Of a stretch of DNA of 64,000 nucleotides, positions 55,787 through 64,000 are shown one piece after another. Made by a program: the position numbers and the translations under genes. Numbering within the stretch: position 1 is the stretch's first letter; each line of letters opens with the position of its first letter. Source of the stretch: Chthonomonadaceae bacterium (GTDB lineage: Bacteria; Armatimonadota; Chthonomonadetes; Chthonomonadales; Chthonomonadaceae); assembly GCA_035650735.1 (NCBI GenBank), contig DASRGZ010000096.1:23526-87525 (forward strand), read 5' to 3'. The notes below the pieces were generated by a model that saw only the letters and a program-made list of their open reading frames with translations, ran no database searches and had not been told where the DNA came from.

Positions 55787-57054
55787 CTAGAAAAGATTGC
55801 CTGCCGTGTCGAACGCCATCGGGGCAGGCGGCTCGAGGATGCTGAGCCTGGGGTTCTGCGAGACCTCCTCCAGTAGGGCCTCGGAAACCCAGAAGGTATC
55901 GAGCGCATCCGTGTTGCGGATGCGGCACAGGCGCGGCCTGTCTCCGGCCAGAGACGAATAGAGCGCTACCTCAATCGCGTCGCGGTCCGAGGGCAGCGCC
56001 AGCGGCAGCGGCCCTTCGCGCGTATTGCCGCCCGGCTCCTGAGCGGTCAGGAGATTGACATAGGTCACGGCGGGGTCGTAGGTAGCGGCGGCGCGCTGCG
56101 TGGTGAAATCGGCCATGCCCATGCCGATGCCGTTGCCCAGCGAGGGCGGCGTGATCGAGAGGGCGACGATCCGATGGTAGTTGGGGACATGCGGGCGCGT
56201 GGGAACGGCGTGCCAGCGGCCCACCACGTTCGGGTCCATCCCGGCGCCGGAGATGTCTTTGCCGATCTCGTCTAATACGAGGACATCTAGCTGCTGAAAC
56301 GGCAGCGTCGCCAGGTAGCCTTTGGCGATGGCGAGCAGCCGCATGTCCGCCTCCAGGAACGCATCGTAATGGGGCGGCACGGCTTCCACGACCACCGGCT
56401 GCCGGTAGCCGTTTTCCACCACCGCCACGCCATAGAGGACCTTCGTCCGGGCTAAAATCAGGCGCGGCACGGCCCGCACCGACTCCCACAGGCCGTGGTT
56501 GTGCGCCTCCTGCGCGCCGCGCTGCTTGCCCAGGCCGATAGTCGTCATCTTCAGTAGCCCGGAGGCCAGCTCCCCGATGGACTCGGGATGGGTCTTGACG
56601 CGCCCCAAAACAAGGATTCCATCTGCCTCCCAGGCAATTTTATTACATGCGCTTCCGCGCCGTTTTCCGCCTTGCCCAGCGGCACAGTCTCCATCGTCGC
56701 CCGGATAGGCGCACCTACCGACTGCTCGGTCACCCCCAGCCGATGCAGGATCTCGGTCTGCCCCTCCGGGACGGCGCCGCCGTGGCTGCCCATCGCCGGG
56801 ATCAGGAAGGGCTGGCCACCCGCCTCCTTCACGGCATCCACAATGCCGGAGAGCAGCTCGATAAAGCCGCCCATGCCCCGGCTTCCGGCGGTGATGGCGA
56901 TCCGATTTCCGGGCTTGACCTTATCGCGCAGCCCGGCATCCAGGAGGCGTTGGCGGACCTCCTGGCGCGGATCGGCAATATGATCTGTCGGCAAGTAGTG
57001 CTTGACACGGGCGACGTTCGGGGCCGGACGTCGGGGAAATGCCATCGGATGCAT
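55787..57054 (-). pseudogene. LarA-like (lactate racemase / DUF2088 family) gene interrupted by a frameshift near 56600
   Basis: Two overlapping ORFs (56551-57054 and 55787-56608) in different frames together span a LarA-like domain. The junction lies at a CCCCAAAACAAGG homopolymer-rich site. Confidence 0.45.
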
Positions 57055-57366
57055 CTGTCCTTACCTCTATTGGCTCAGGCGGTAGCGCTCAAGGAAACCG
57101 TGGTTTAAGCCGGAACTTTCATAAAATGGGGCCGTCAGGCGCAGAGCACGTAAATCAGGCAGGCGAATACCGCGCATCAAGGGACAGACGGAAACGCAAC
57201 GGCAGGATGTTCCTCAATTTCCGGCCCGGAAGGGAAGCCTTACCGTTATACGTGGTCCGTGGCCGCAATTTGCTGCCCGGAAGGGGAGGGAACCTTTGCC
57301 TGACCTGGGGGGTCATATCTCTATTATTCTGGAGTTGCACACTAGATCCACAAGAGTGTAGATAAC

Positions 57367-57481
57367 TCAAGTTGCTACCTTGCCTCTTCGAGAAGGCAAA
57401 CGGTGATGCAAAAGCCGGTTTCCAGAGCGATTCTCTCTCAAACGTGTTCCTAGGTAGCAACTTGGGTTAGATACGGGCAGG
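57367..57481. mobile_element. MITE-like repeat family 2, copy 2 (identical to 17944-18058)
   Basis: 115/115 identity by eye. TAGAT on both flanks. Confidence 0.55.
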
Positions 57482-57541
57482 CGCAAGAACTAAGGGACGC
57501 AATGCGCCGCGCACAGGTTGCGCGCGCTTGAGGAAACAGAC

Positions 57542-58225
57542 ATGGCACATTGGGAACCCTTCGACAATGCGATTGTCTTCCAGGATCGGCATGACGCCGG
57601 AAAACAGCTTGCGACGCACCTGATGCAATATCGCGAGCAGAACCCGATTGTCCTCGCCCTGCCGCGCGGCGGCGTGGTGGTCGGCTACGAGGTGGCCCAG
57701 GCGCTCAATGCCCCGCTGGATGTGATCGTGGCGCGCAAGCTCGGCGCGCCCGGCCATGAGGAGTTAGGCATTGGCGCTATCGCGCCGGGCGGCGTGCTGG
57801 TGCGGGACGACCTGGCGATCCGCTATCTGGGCGTCACCGAGGAGCAGTTACAGCGTACCATCACGCGGGAGACGGCGGAGATGGAGCGGCGCATCCGCAG
57901 CTATCGCGGTGACCGCCCGTTCCCCGACTTGCATGGCAAGACGGTGATCCTGGTGGACGATGGCCTGGCTACGGGCGTCACCGCTCGCGCCGCGATCCGC
58001 TCGATCCGCCAGCAGAATCCGCAGCGGATCGTGCTCGCCGTGCCGGTCTGCGCCGCCGAGACCGCCCAGGCGCTGCGGGGAGAGGCCGATGAGGTGATTT
58101 GCGCTTCCACGCCCATCAACTTCCGGGCCGTCGGTCTCTGGTACGAGGACTTCGAGCAGGTGACGGACGACGAAGTGATCACGCTGCTGCAGCAGGCCAA
58201 TCGGGAGATCGGCGCGCCCGCCTGA
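57542..58225 (+). CDS. Phosphoribosyltransferase-domain protein
   Basis: 'KTVILVDDGLATGVTARAA' PRTase PRPP-binding motif. GAGGAAA RBS lies before the ATG at 57542. Confidence 0.7.
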   Translation: MAHWEPFDNAIVFQDRHDAGKQLATHLMQYREQNPIVLALPRGGVVVGYEVAQALNAPLDVIVARKLGAPGHEELGIGAIAPGGVLVRDDLAIRYLGVTEEQLQRTITRETAEMERRIRSYRGDRPFPDLHGKTVILVDDGLATGVTARAAIRSIRQQNPQRIVLAVPVCAAETAQALRGEADEVICASTPINFRAVGLWYEDFEQVTDDEVITLLQQANREIGAPA

Positions 58226-58239
58226 TCCCAGGGCCATTC

Positions 58240-58540
58240 AGTTTTCGCCCTCACCCCCTGTCCCCCTCTCCTAAAGTTGGGAGAGGGGGAACCGAGAAGC
58301 GCAGCCTCTCCCCTCCCCTGTTCTTGGGGATCGCAAGGCGGAGGCGCGAACCGTTGAGCGCCGACCCTGCCAATGGGTTAGGGGGTGGGGCCGCTCCCCT
58401 CTCCCGCAGCGTGGATCGCCAGGCGGAGGGCTGTGGCAAGGCGGAGGCAGGGGCCGTAACCCTGCCGACCCTGGCAGTCCATTGCAGCCCCGACCCTGGC
58501 AGTGGGTTGGGGGTGGGGGCCATATAGGTAAGGACTTCGG
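58240..58540. repeat. GC-rich repeat cluster
   Basis: 'GCGCGAACCGTTGAGCG' is shared with 6925-6941. 'CCCTCTCCCGCAGCGTGGA' is shared with 53790. Repeated GACCCTGGCAGT units. Confidence 0.5.
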
Positions 58541-58555
58541 AATGGAGGTGAGGGT

Positions 58556-59242
58556 ATGGATTCCTTCGCGACGCTAACGCAAGCCCGGCCATCCCAGCCG
58601 GTCCAGATTAGCATCGGGCCGGTTGTGCTGGACGGCGATCTGACCGTGCCGGAGGCCCTGCGCGGCGTGGTGCTGTTTGCGCACGGCAGCGGCAGCAGCC
58701 GCCACAGCCCCCGCAACAAGTACGTGGCGCAAATACTTCAGGAGGATGGATTTGCGACCCTCCTGATGGATCTGCTGACCCGCGATGAGGAAGCGGTAGA
58801 CAACACCACGCGCCACCTGCGCTTCGATATAGACCTGCTGGCCCAACGGCTGGTGGGCGCGACGGATTGGCTCCTCCAGAACCCGATCACGCAGAAGCTG
58901 CCTATCGGCTACTTCGGGGCCAGCACGGGCGCGGCGGCGGCGCTGGTGGCCGCAGCCGAGCGTCCGGATCGGGTGGCGGCGGTAGTCTCGCGCGGGGGGC
59001 GGCCCGATCTGGCGGGGGAGGCGCTGCCCCGCGTGCAGGCGCCAACGCTGCTGATCGTCGGCGGCAACGATTGGCCGGTGATTCCGCTCAACGAGCAGGC
59101 GCTGGCCCAGTTGCGCATCCAGGACAAACGGCTGGAGATTGTGCCGGGAGCCACCCATCTCTTTGAGGAGCCGGGGGCGCTGGAGGAGGTCGCGCGCCTG
59201 GCTTCTGACTGGTTCGTGCGCTATCTCACCGTACCCACCTAA
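58556..59242 (+). CDS. Dienelactone-hydrolase-like alpha/beta hydrolase
   Basis: 'GVVLFAHGSGSSRHSPRN' and nucleophile elbow 'GYFGASTGAAAAL'. Confidence 0.75.
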   Translation: MDSFATLTQARPSQPVQISIGPVVLDGDLTVPEALRGVVLFAHGSGSSRHSPRNKYVAQILQEDGFATLLMDLLTRDEEAVDNTTRHLRFDIDLLAQRLVGATDWLLQNPITQKLPIGYFGASTGAAAALVAAAERPDRVAAVVSRGGRPDLAGEALPRVQAPTLLIVGGNDWPVIPLNEQALAQLRIQDKRLEIVPGATHLFEEPGALEEVARLASDWFVRYLTVPT

Positions 59243-59356
59243 GAGCCTCTCCTATGAGGCGCATTGTTGGGAGGGAAAGACCTCCCTAATGGGCTAAGGA
59301 GGGAAGACCCGACTCTGGCCTTCCCTCCTCGCCAAAAAGCCCCGGAGACAGAGCCT

Positions 59357-61753
59357 ATGCCAAAACCTTTGCCTCCGGGCAAACCCGGCATTCCCGCGCG
59401 CTGGACCTCCAGCGCCAAAAGCGGGGTCGGCACGGCCATCACCAATGCCTGCCGCGTCTGGTTTGCCCTCTCGCACGGCATCGTCAACGAAGTCTATCAC
59501 CCTTTCATAGATCGGGCCAACACCCGCGATATGGGGCTATTGGTTACCGACGGCCTCCATTTCTTCTCCGAAGAGAAGCGCGACACGGTGCAGGAAATAG
59601 AGCCCATCGCCCAGGGCGTGCCGGGCTATCGCGTTCGCAATACCTGCAAGCAGGGCCGCTATCGCATCACCAAAACCATCGTCGCCGACCCCGCCCGCGA
59701 TACCCTGCTCCAGCACGTCCGCTTCGAGCCGCTCCAGGGAGAGCTTTCCGACTACCATCTCTACGTGCTCCTGGCCCCTCATGTGGATAATCAGGGCGCG
59801 GGCAATACGGGATGGGTCGGCGACTACAAGGGAGTGCCCATGCTCTTTGCCACCCGCCAGGAGGTCACATTGACCCTGGCCTGCTCGGCTCCCTGGCGCG
59901 GCGCCAGCTGCGGCTATGTCGGCACTAGCGATGGCTGGCAGGACATCCACGCCCACAAGCGCATGACCTGGTTCTACCCGGAAGCGCGCGACGGCAATAT
60001 CGCCCTTACCGGCGAGATTGACCTGGTGCTCTGCGACGGGCAATTCCTTCTGGCCCTGGGATTCGGCAGCAGTGCGCAAGAGGCCGGCCAGCAGGCACGG
60101 GCCTCGCTGCTGCGGGATTTTGGTGAGACCGTCCGGGACTATGTACGCGGGTGGCAGGACTTCCAGGCGCAGTGTCCGCGCCTGGGCGCGGTGGATAAGA
60201 AGGAGTTTCCCCTGGTACGCACGAGTCTGGCCGTCTTAAAGACGCACGAGGGGAAGCGGTTTCCGGGAGGGCTTATCGCCAGCCTCTCCATTCCCTGGGG
60301 CTTCGCCCACGGCGACAACGACCTGGGCGGCTATCACCTCATCTGGCCCCGCGACCAGGTGGAGGCGGCGGGCGCGCTGCTGGCGGCGGGCGATACCGAG
60401 GGCGCCCGAAATGCGCTTCACTATCTGATGAGCACCCAGGAACCGGACGGACACTGGCCGCAAAACATGTGGCTCGACGGTACCCCCTACTGGCAGGGAA
60501 TTCAGGCCGACGAGACGGCCTTCGTCCTGCTGCTGGCCGATGCCCTGCGGCGGCAGGATGCGCTCAACCATCTCGACCCCTGGCCGACCCTGCGCAAAGC
60601 CGTCGCGTTCCTGGTTCGTAATGGCCCGGTCACGCAGCAGGATCGCTGGGAAGAGAACAGCGGCTATTCGCCCTTCACGCTCGCCACCGAGATCGCCGCG
60701 TTGCTGGCGGCGGCTGACTTTGCCGACATCAACCAGGAGACGCCTCTTGCGGATTATTTACGGCAGACGGCAGATACCTGGAACGCCAACATCGAACGCT
60801 GGACTTACGTCACCGACACGCCCCTGGCCCGACAGGTCGGCGTGGACGGCTACTATATCCGCATTGCGCCCTCGGATGTGGCCGAAACCGGCTCTCCTGC
60901 CGAGGGCATGATCACCCTCCAGAACCGGCCCCCAGGGCAAGACCGCTATCCCGTCGCCGAGATTGTCAGCCCCGATGCGCTGGCGTTGGTGCGCTTCGGC
61001 CTGCGTGCCGCCGACGACCCTCGCATTCGTAATACCGTCCGCGTCCTGGACGCCCTGCTCAAGACGGAAACGGCCACCGGCCCCGTCTGGCACCGCTACA
61101 CCCACGACGGCTACGGCGAGCACGCCGACGGCAGTCCCTACGACGGCACGGGCATCGGGCGCGGATGGCCGCTCCTGGCGGGCGAGCGCGCGCATTACGA
61201 ACTGGCTGCAGGCAACCGGGAGGAGGCCGAGCGTCTGCTGAAGGTGATGGCGGCGCAGACCAGTCCCGGCGGGTTGATCCCGGAACAGATCTGGGACGCC
61301 CCGGATATTCCCAAGAGGGAGCTCTTCAACGGGCAGCCCTCCGGCTCGGCGATGCCGCTGGTATGGGCGCACGCCGAGTATCTGAAGCTGGTGCGCTCGC
61401 TCCATGATGGGCAGATCTTCGATATGCCGCCGCAGACCGTGCAGCGCTACCAGGTCGAGCAGATCGGCACGCCGTTCGCCATCTGGCGTTTCAGCCACCA
61501 GTGCCGCCGCATTCCAACCGGCCTGAAGCTGCGCATCGAAGCGCACGCTCCGGCGGAAGTGATCTGGACCGAGGACGGCTGGCAGACCCAGCAACAGGTA
61601 ACAACCCGGGATACGGGGCTGGGACTGCATGTAGCAGACCTGCCTACCGACCAACTGCCTGTCGGCACGATGATTACCTTCACCTTCTACTGGCTAGAGG
61701 TTGACCGCTGGGAGGGGCGCAATTTCGATATGGGTGTGGGAGAGGAAACCTGA
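59357..61753 (+). CDS. Glycoside hydrolase family 15 (glucoamylase/glucodextranase-like)
   Basis: N-terminal beta-sandwich plus (alpha/alpha)6 catalytic domain with 'LIWPRDQVEAAGALL' and 'WEENSGYSPFTLATEIAAL' (general acid/base Glu contexts). GGAGA RBS lies before the ATG at 59357. Confidence 0.8.
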   Translation: MPKPLPPGKPGIPARWTSSAKSGVGTAITNACRVWFALSHGIVNEVYHPFIDRANTRDMGLLVTDGLHFFSEEKRDTVQEIEPIAQGVPGYRVRNTCKQGRYRITKTIVADPARDTLLQHVRFEPLQGELSDYHLYVLLAPHVDNQGAGNTGWVGDYKGVPMLFATRQEVTLTLACSAPWRGASCGYVGTSDGWQDIHAHKRMTWFYPEARDGNIALTGEIDLVLCDGQFLLALGFGSSAQEAGQQARASLLRDFGETVRDYVRGWQDFQAQCPRLGAVDKKEFPLVRTSLAVLKTHEGKRFPGGLIASLSIPWGFAHGDNDLGGYHLIWPRDQVEAAGALLAAGDTEGARNALHYLMSTQEPDGHWPQNMWLDGTPYWQGIQADETAFVLLLADALRRQDALNHLDPWPTLRKAVAFLVRNGPVTQQDRWEENSGYSPFTLATEIAALLAAADFADINQETPLADYLRQTADTWNANIERWTYVTDTPLARQVGVDGYYIRIAPSDVAETGSPAEGMITLQNRPPGQDRYPVAEIVSPDALALVRFGLRAADDPRIRNTVRVLDALLKTETATGPVWHRYTHDGYGEHADGSPYDGTGIGRGWPLLAGERAHYELAAGNREEAERLLKVMAAQTSPGGLIPEQIWDAPDIPKRELFNGQPSGSAMPLVWAHAEYLKLVRSLHDGQIFDMPPQTVQRYQVEQIGTPFAIWRFSHQCRRIPTGLKLRIEAHAPAEVIWTEDGWQTQQQVTTRDTGLGLHVADLPTDQLPVGTMITFTFYWLEVDRWEGRNFDMGVGEET

Positions 61754-61829
61754 TCCCCGGATCTGTAAGACCTCACCCCCTGCGCGAGGGGCCGGGGGGT
61801 TAGGTAAGACCCAGGAGGCAATTACACGT

Positions 61830-63029
61830 ATGGCACGGGACGCGGAACGAATACAGAGATTGAAAAACGCGCTGCAGGAGGCGCAATGGAATGCGTTTGC
61901 CTGCGCGCTGCCTATCAATGTGCTGCTGCTCACCGGCTACTGGCCGGTGGTCGGCACCGCCCTGGCAATCGTGACCTGGGAGGGACAAGTGGCGCTGCTA
62001 GTGCCGGAGGATGAGGAGGCGCTGGCCCGGCAGGGCTGGGCCGATGTGGTCAGCACCTTCCAGCCCGGCACGCTGGAGGCCATTCAGACGGTGATCGAGG
62101 CCGCACGCGGGCCGCTGGCAGAGTTGGCTAAAGAGGTGGGGCTGGAACAGGGACATATCGGCTATGAGGCAGGCCCCGTCTCCGAGCCCGCCTCCTACGC
62201 GGCGATGTTTCTCTACGGAGGCGGCATGACGGCGCTGCTGCGGCAGGCGTGCCCCACGGCCACACCGGTTCCCGCCGACGACCTGCTGGAGCGGCTGCGC
62301 TCCGTCAAGACGCCGCAGGAGCTGGAGCGCATTCGTGTTGCCTGCCGCATCGCCGAGCAAGCGTATCTGGAAGGAACCCGCCAATTACAGCCAGGCCTCA
62401 AGGAGACCGAAGCGGCGGCGGCCTTTCGACAGCCCCTTAGCACGGTCGGGGTTGGCTTTGAGGGCGTTGGGCGCGCGGATGGGTTTACCTTCTGTATGTC
62501 CGGGCCGAACGCGGCGCGGGCCTATGCCGCCTATCAGCGCTCCACCGACCGAATTCTGGAGCGAGGCGACTTTGCTCTGATCCATTGCAATTCTTACGCG
62601 GACGGCTACTGGACCGACATCACCCGCACCTACTGCCTGGGCGAGCCGGACGAGAGAAAGCGCAAAATGGTTGCGGCGGTGCTGGCGGCCCGCGAAGCGG
62701 CCCTACAGGCTCTTCAGCCCGGCGTCCAGGCCGCCGAGGTGGATCGGGCGGCCCGCCAGGTGATGACTCAGCATGGCTTCGGTAAGGAGTTTAAGCATCC
62801 GACCGGGCACGGCGTCGGCTTTGCCGCCATTAACCACAACGCCCCGCCGCGCCTGCACCCGAAATCCAGTGATGTGCTGGAAACCGGCATGGTCTTCAAC
62901 GTGGAACCTGGGCTTTACGTGGAGGGCTATGGCGGGCTGCGCCACTGCGATATGGTCGCCGTGACCGCTTCCGGGATGGAACTGCTCACGCCCTTTCATA
63001 CCGAACTGGAAGCGCTCGTATTGCCCTAA
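61830..63029 (+). CDS. M24 family metallopeptidase (Xaa-Pro aminopeptidase/creatinase-like)
   Basis: 'HPTGHGVGFAAINHNAPP' and 'NVEPGLYVEGYGGLRHCD' metal-ligand blocks. Confidence 0.75.
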   Translation: MARDAERIQRLKNALQEAQWNAFACALPINVLLLTGYWPVVGTALAIVTWEGQVALLVPEDEEALARQGWADVVSTFQPGTLEAIQTVIEAARGPLAELAKEVGLEQGHIGYEAGPVSEPASYAAMFLYGGGMTALLRQACPTATPVPADDLLERLRSVKTPQELERIRVACRIAEQAYLEGTRQLQPGLKETEAAAAFRQPLSTVGVGFEGVGRADGFTFCMSGPNAARAYAAYQRSTDRILERGDFALIHCNSYADGYWTDITRTYCLGEPDERKRKMVAAVLAAREAALQALQPGVQAAEVDRAARQVMTQHGFGKEFKHPTGHGVGFAAINHNAPPRLHPKSSDVLETGMVFNVEPGLYVEGYGGLRHCDMVAVTASGMELLTPFHTELEALVLP

Positions 63030-63077
63030 GATAGGGACGAGGGTGCTAAGGTTTCTAAGGTGCCAAGGGTTAGTGCC

Positions 63078-63135
63078 AGAACCTTAGAACCCTACAGAAC
63101 CCTCTAGAACCTTCTAGAACCTTCTAGAACCCTAT
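63078..63135. repeat. Tandem 9-10-mer repeat (TAGAACCYT)n, ~7 units
   Basis: 'ccagaaccttagaaccctacagaaccctctagaaccttctagaaccttctagaaccc'. Confidence 0.6.
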
Positions 63136-63198
63136 CACTCACGTCCCTTGCCTTAAGGCGTCACAAAGTAGAAGGCCAGGCATCCTTCCTCCTTCATC

Positions 63199-63966
63199 TT
63201 AAGGCGTCACAAAGTAGAAGGCCAGGGCCAGCAGCGCATAAACGGCCAGCAGGAGCACGCCCTCGAACCAGGTGGTTTCTCCATCCTGGGTTATGGAGTT
63301 GACGGCGAAAGCGACCCCCGCCACCGCGATCAACTCCAGCGGATTGTGGAAAACGAGGTTCATCGGGCGGTGCAGGAAGCGTGAAAAGAGCACCAGCAGC
63401 GGAGCGACCAGCAGCGCCACCTGGATCGAGGAGCCGACCGTAATGCTGACGGCCATGCCCATCCGATTCTGGCGCGCGAAGTAGACCGCCGAGACGTACT
63501 CGGCGGCATTGCCGATGACCGCCAGCACGATCACGCCCAGGAAAAACGGCGTCAGGCCCAGGCGGCTGGCCGTCGCTTCCAGCGCCCCGGAAACAAGCTC
63601 GGCTTCCATAGCCGTCAGGGCCGTTCCCGCGAACAGGACGCCCAGCGAACGCCAGTACGGCCAGGCCGTCCCTTCCGCCGCCTCCGCGTCAGCGAACACA
63701 TCCCGATGGGTGGTCAGCGTATAGGCCAGATTGGCGATATAGACCAGGATCAGCACCACGGAGACGCCCAGGCTGAGCCGCTCATCCAGCGGCTCGGGAT
63801 CACGCATGGCATACAGGCTGCGTTCCGCGTGGTCAAAAAGCGCCGGCAGCAGCAGAGCGATAACCGCCAGAATTAACAGACTCCCCAGCATCCCCGCCCG
63901 CTCCCGCCGGAAGGTCTGTTTCTCGCGCCCCCAACAGCCCACGACAACAGACAGCCCCAGCCCCAA
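63199..63966 (-). CDS. Ca2+/H+ (CaCA/CAX family) antiporter, partial (N-terminus beyond window end)
   Basis: 'GNAAEY' alpha-repeat signature and polytopic hydrophobic profile. Confidence 0.75.
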   Translation of the reverse strand: MGLGLSVVVGCWGREKQTFRRERAGMLGSLLILAVIALLLPALFDHAERSLYAMRDPEPLDERLSLGVSVVLILVYIANLAYTLTTHRDVFADAEAAEGTAWPYWRSLGVLFAGTALTAMEAELVSGALEATASRLGLTPFFLGVIVLAVIGNAAEYVSAVYFARQNRMGMAVSITVGSSIQVALLVAPLLVLFSRFLHRPMNLVFHNPLELIAVAGVAFAVNSITQDGETTWFEGVLLLAVYALLALAFYFVTP

Positions 63967-64000
63967 CAGGCCGTTGCCGATAATCGAGCCGATGATCTGG

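Noticed and set aside
1-64000. tRNA, rRNA and CRISPR search by eye
   Set aside because: No T-arm/anticodon-like conserved blocks (GGTTCGAATCC-type), no rRNA-like regions, and no regularly spaced identical 25-40-bp repeats with unique spacers. The repeats present are MITE-like or hairpin arrays.

Overview
High-GC (~65%) bacterial chromosomal segment. It is dense with housekeeping genes, and its lineage is not certain: several features are Chloroflexota-like (a guess only), namely a PEP-CTERM protein, a Uma2 nuclease and many GC-rich hairpin repeats. Main content, in order: (i) a sugar-modification cluster: two Gfo/Idh/MocA oxidoreductases, a GT2 glycosyltransferase, a hexapeptide acetyltransferase and a DegT-type aminotransferase, followed by a GT-C (PMT/ArnT-like) membrane glycosyltransferase and a Ser/Thr/Gly-rich lipoprotein; (ii) a PEP-CTERM secreted protein, an AI-2E transporter and an aldo/keto reductase; (iii) an orphan phage terminase-large-subunit-like gene flanked by an AT-rich promoter region and a strong terminator; (iv) recG, coaD and the classical yceD-rpmF-plsX-fabH-fabD-fabG-acpP-fabF fatty-acid synthesis cluster; (v) a Uma2 endonuclease, then a flotillin/NfeD pair; (vi) a small-membrane-protein/methyltransferase/membrane-sulfatase-like operon; (vii) a 1219-aa GH42-like protein with a long Arg-punctuated disordered N-terminus; (viii) a KaiC-like ATPase translationally coupled to a HisKA_2 histidine kinase carrying a pseudo-receiver; (ix) a site-2 protease, an FAD/Fe-S dehydrogenase, a Rieske protein, a PoxB-like TPP enzyme and a frameshifted LarA-like gene; (x) phosphoribosyltransferase, dienelactone hydrolase, GH15 glucoamylase, M24 peptidase and a partial CAX antiporter. 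Intergenic space is filled with at least four families of short dispersed repeats (MITE-like, some with target-site duplications and one nested insertion) plus GC-rich hairpin repeat arrays. No rRNA, tRNA or CRISPR array was recognised. Coordinates for hand-located non-ORF features carry about ±2 nt uncertainty; the ORF track disagreed with my manual indexing by 1 nt in at least one place.
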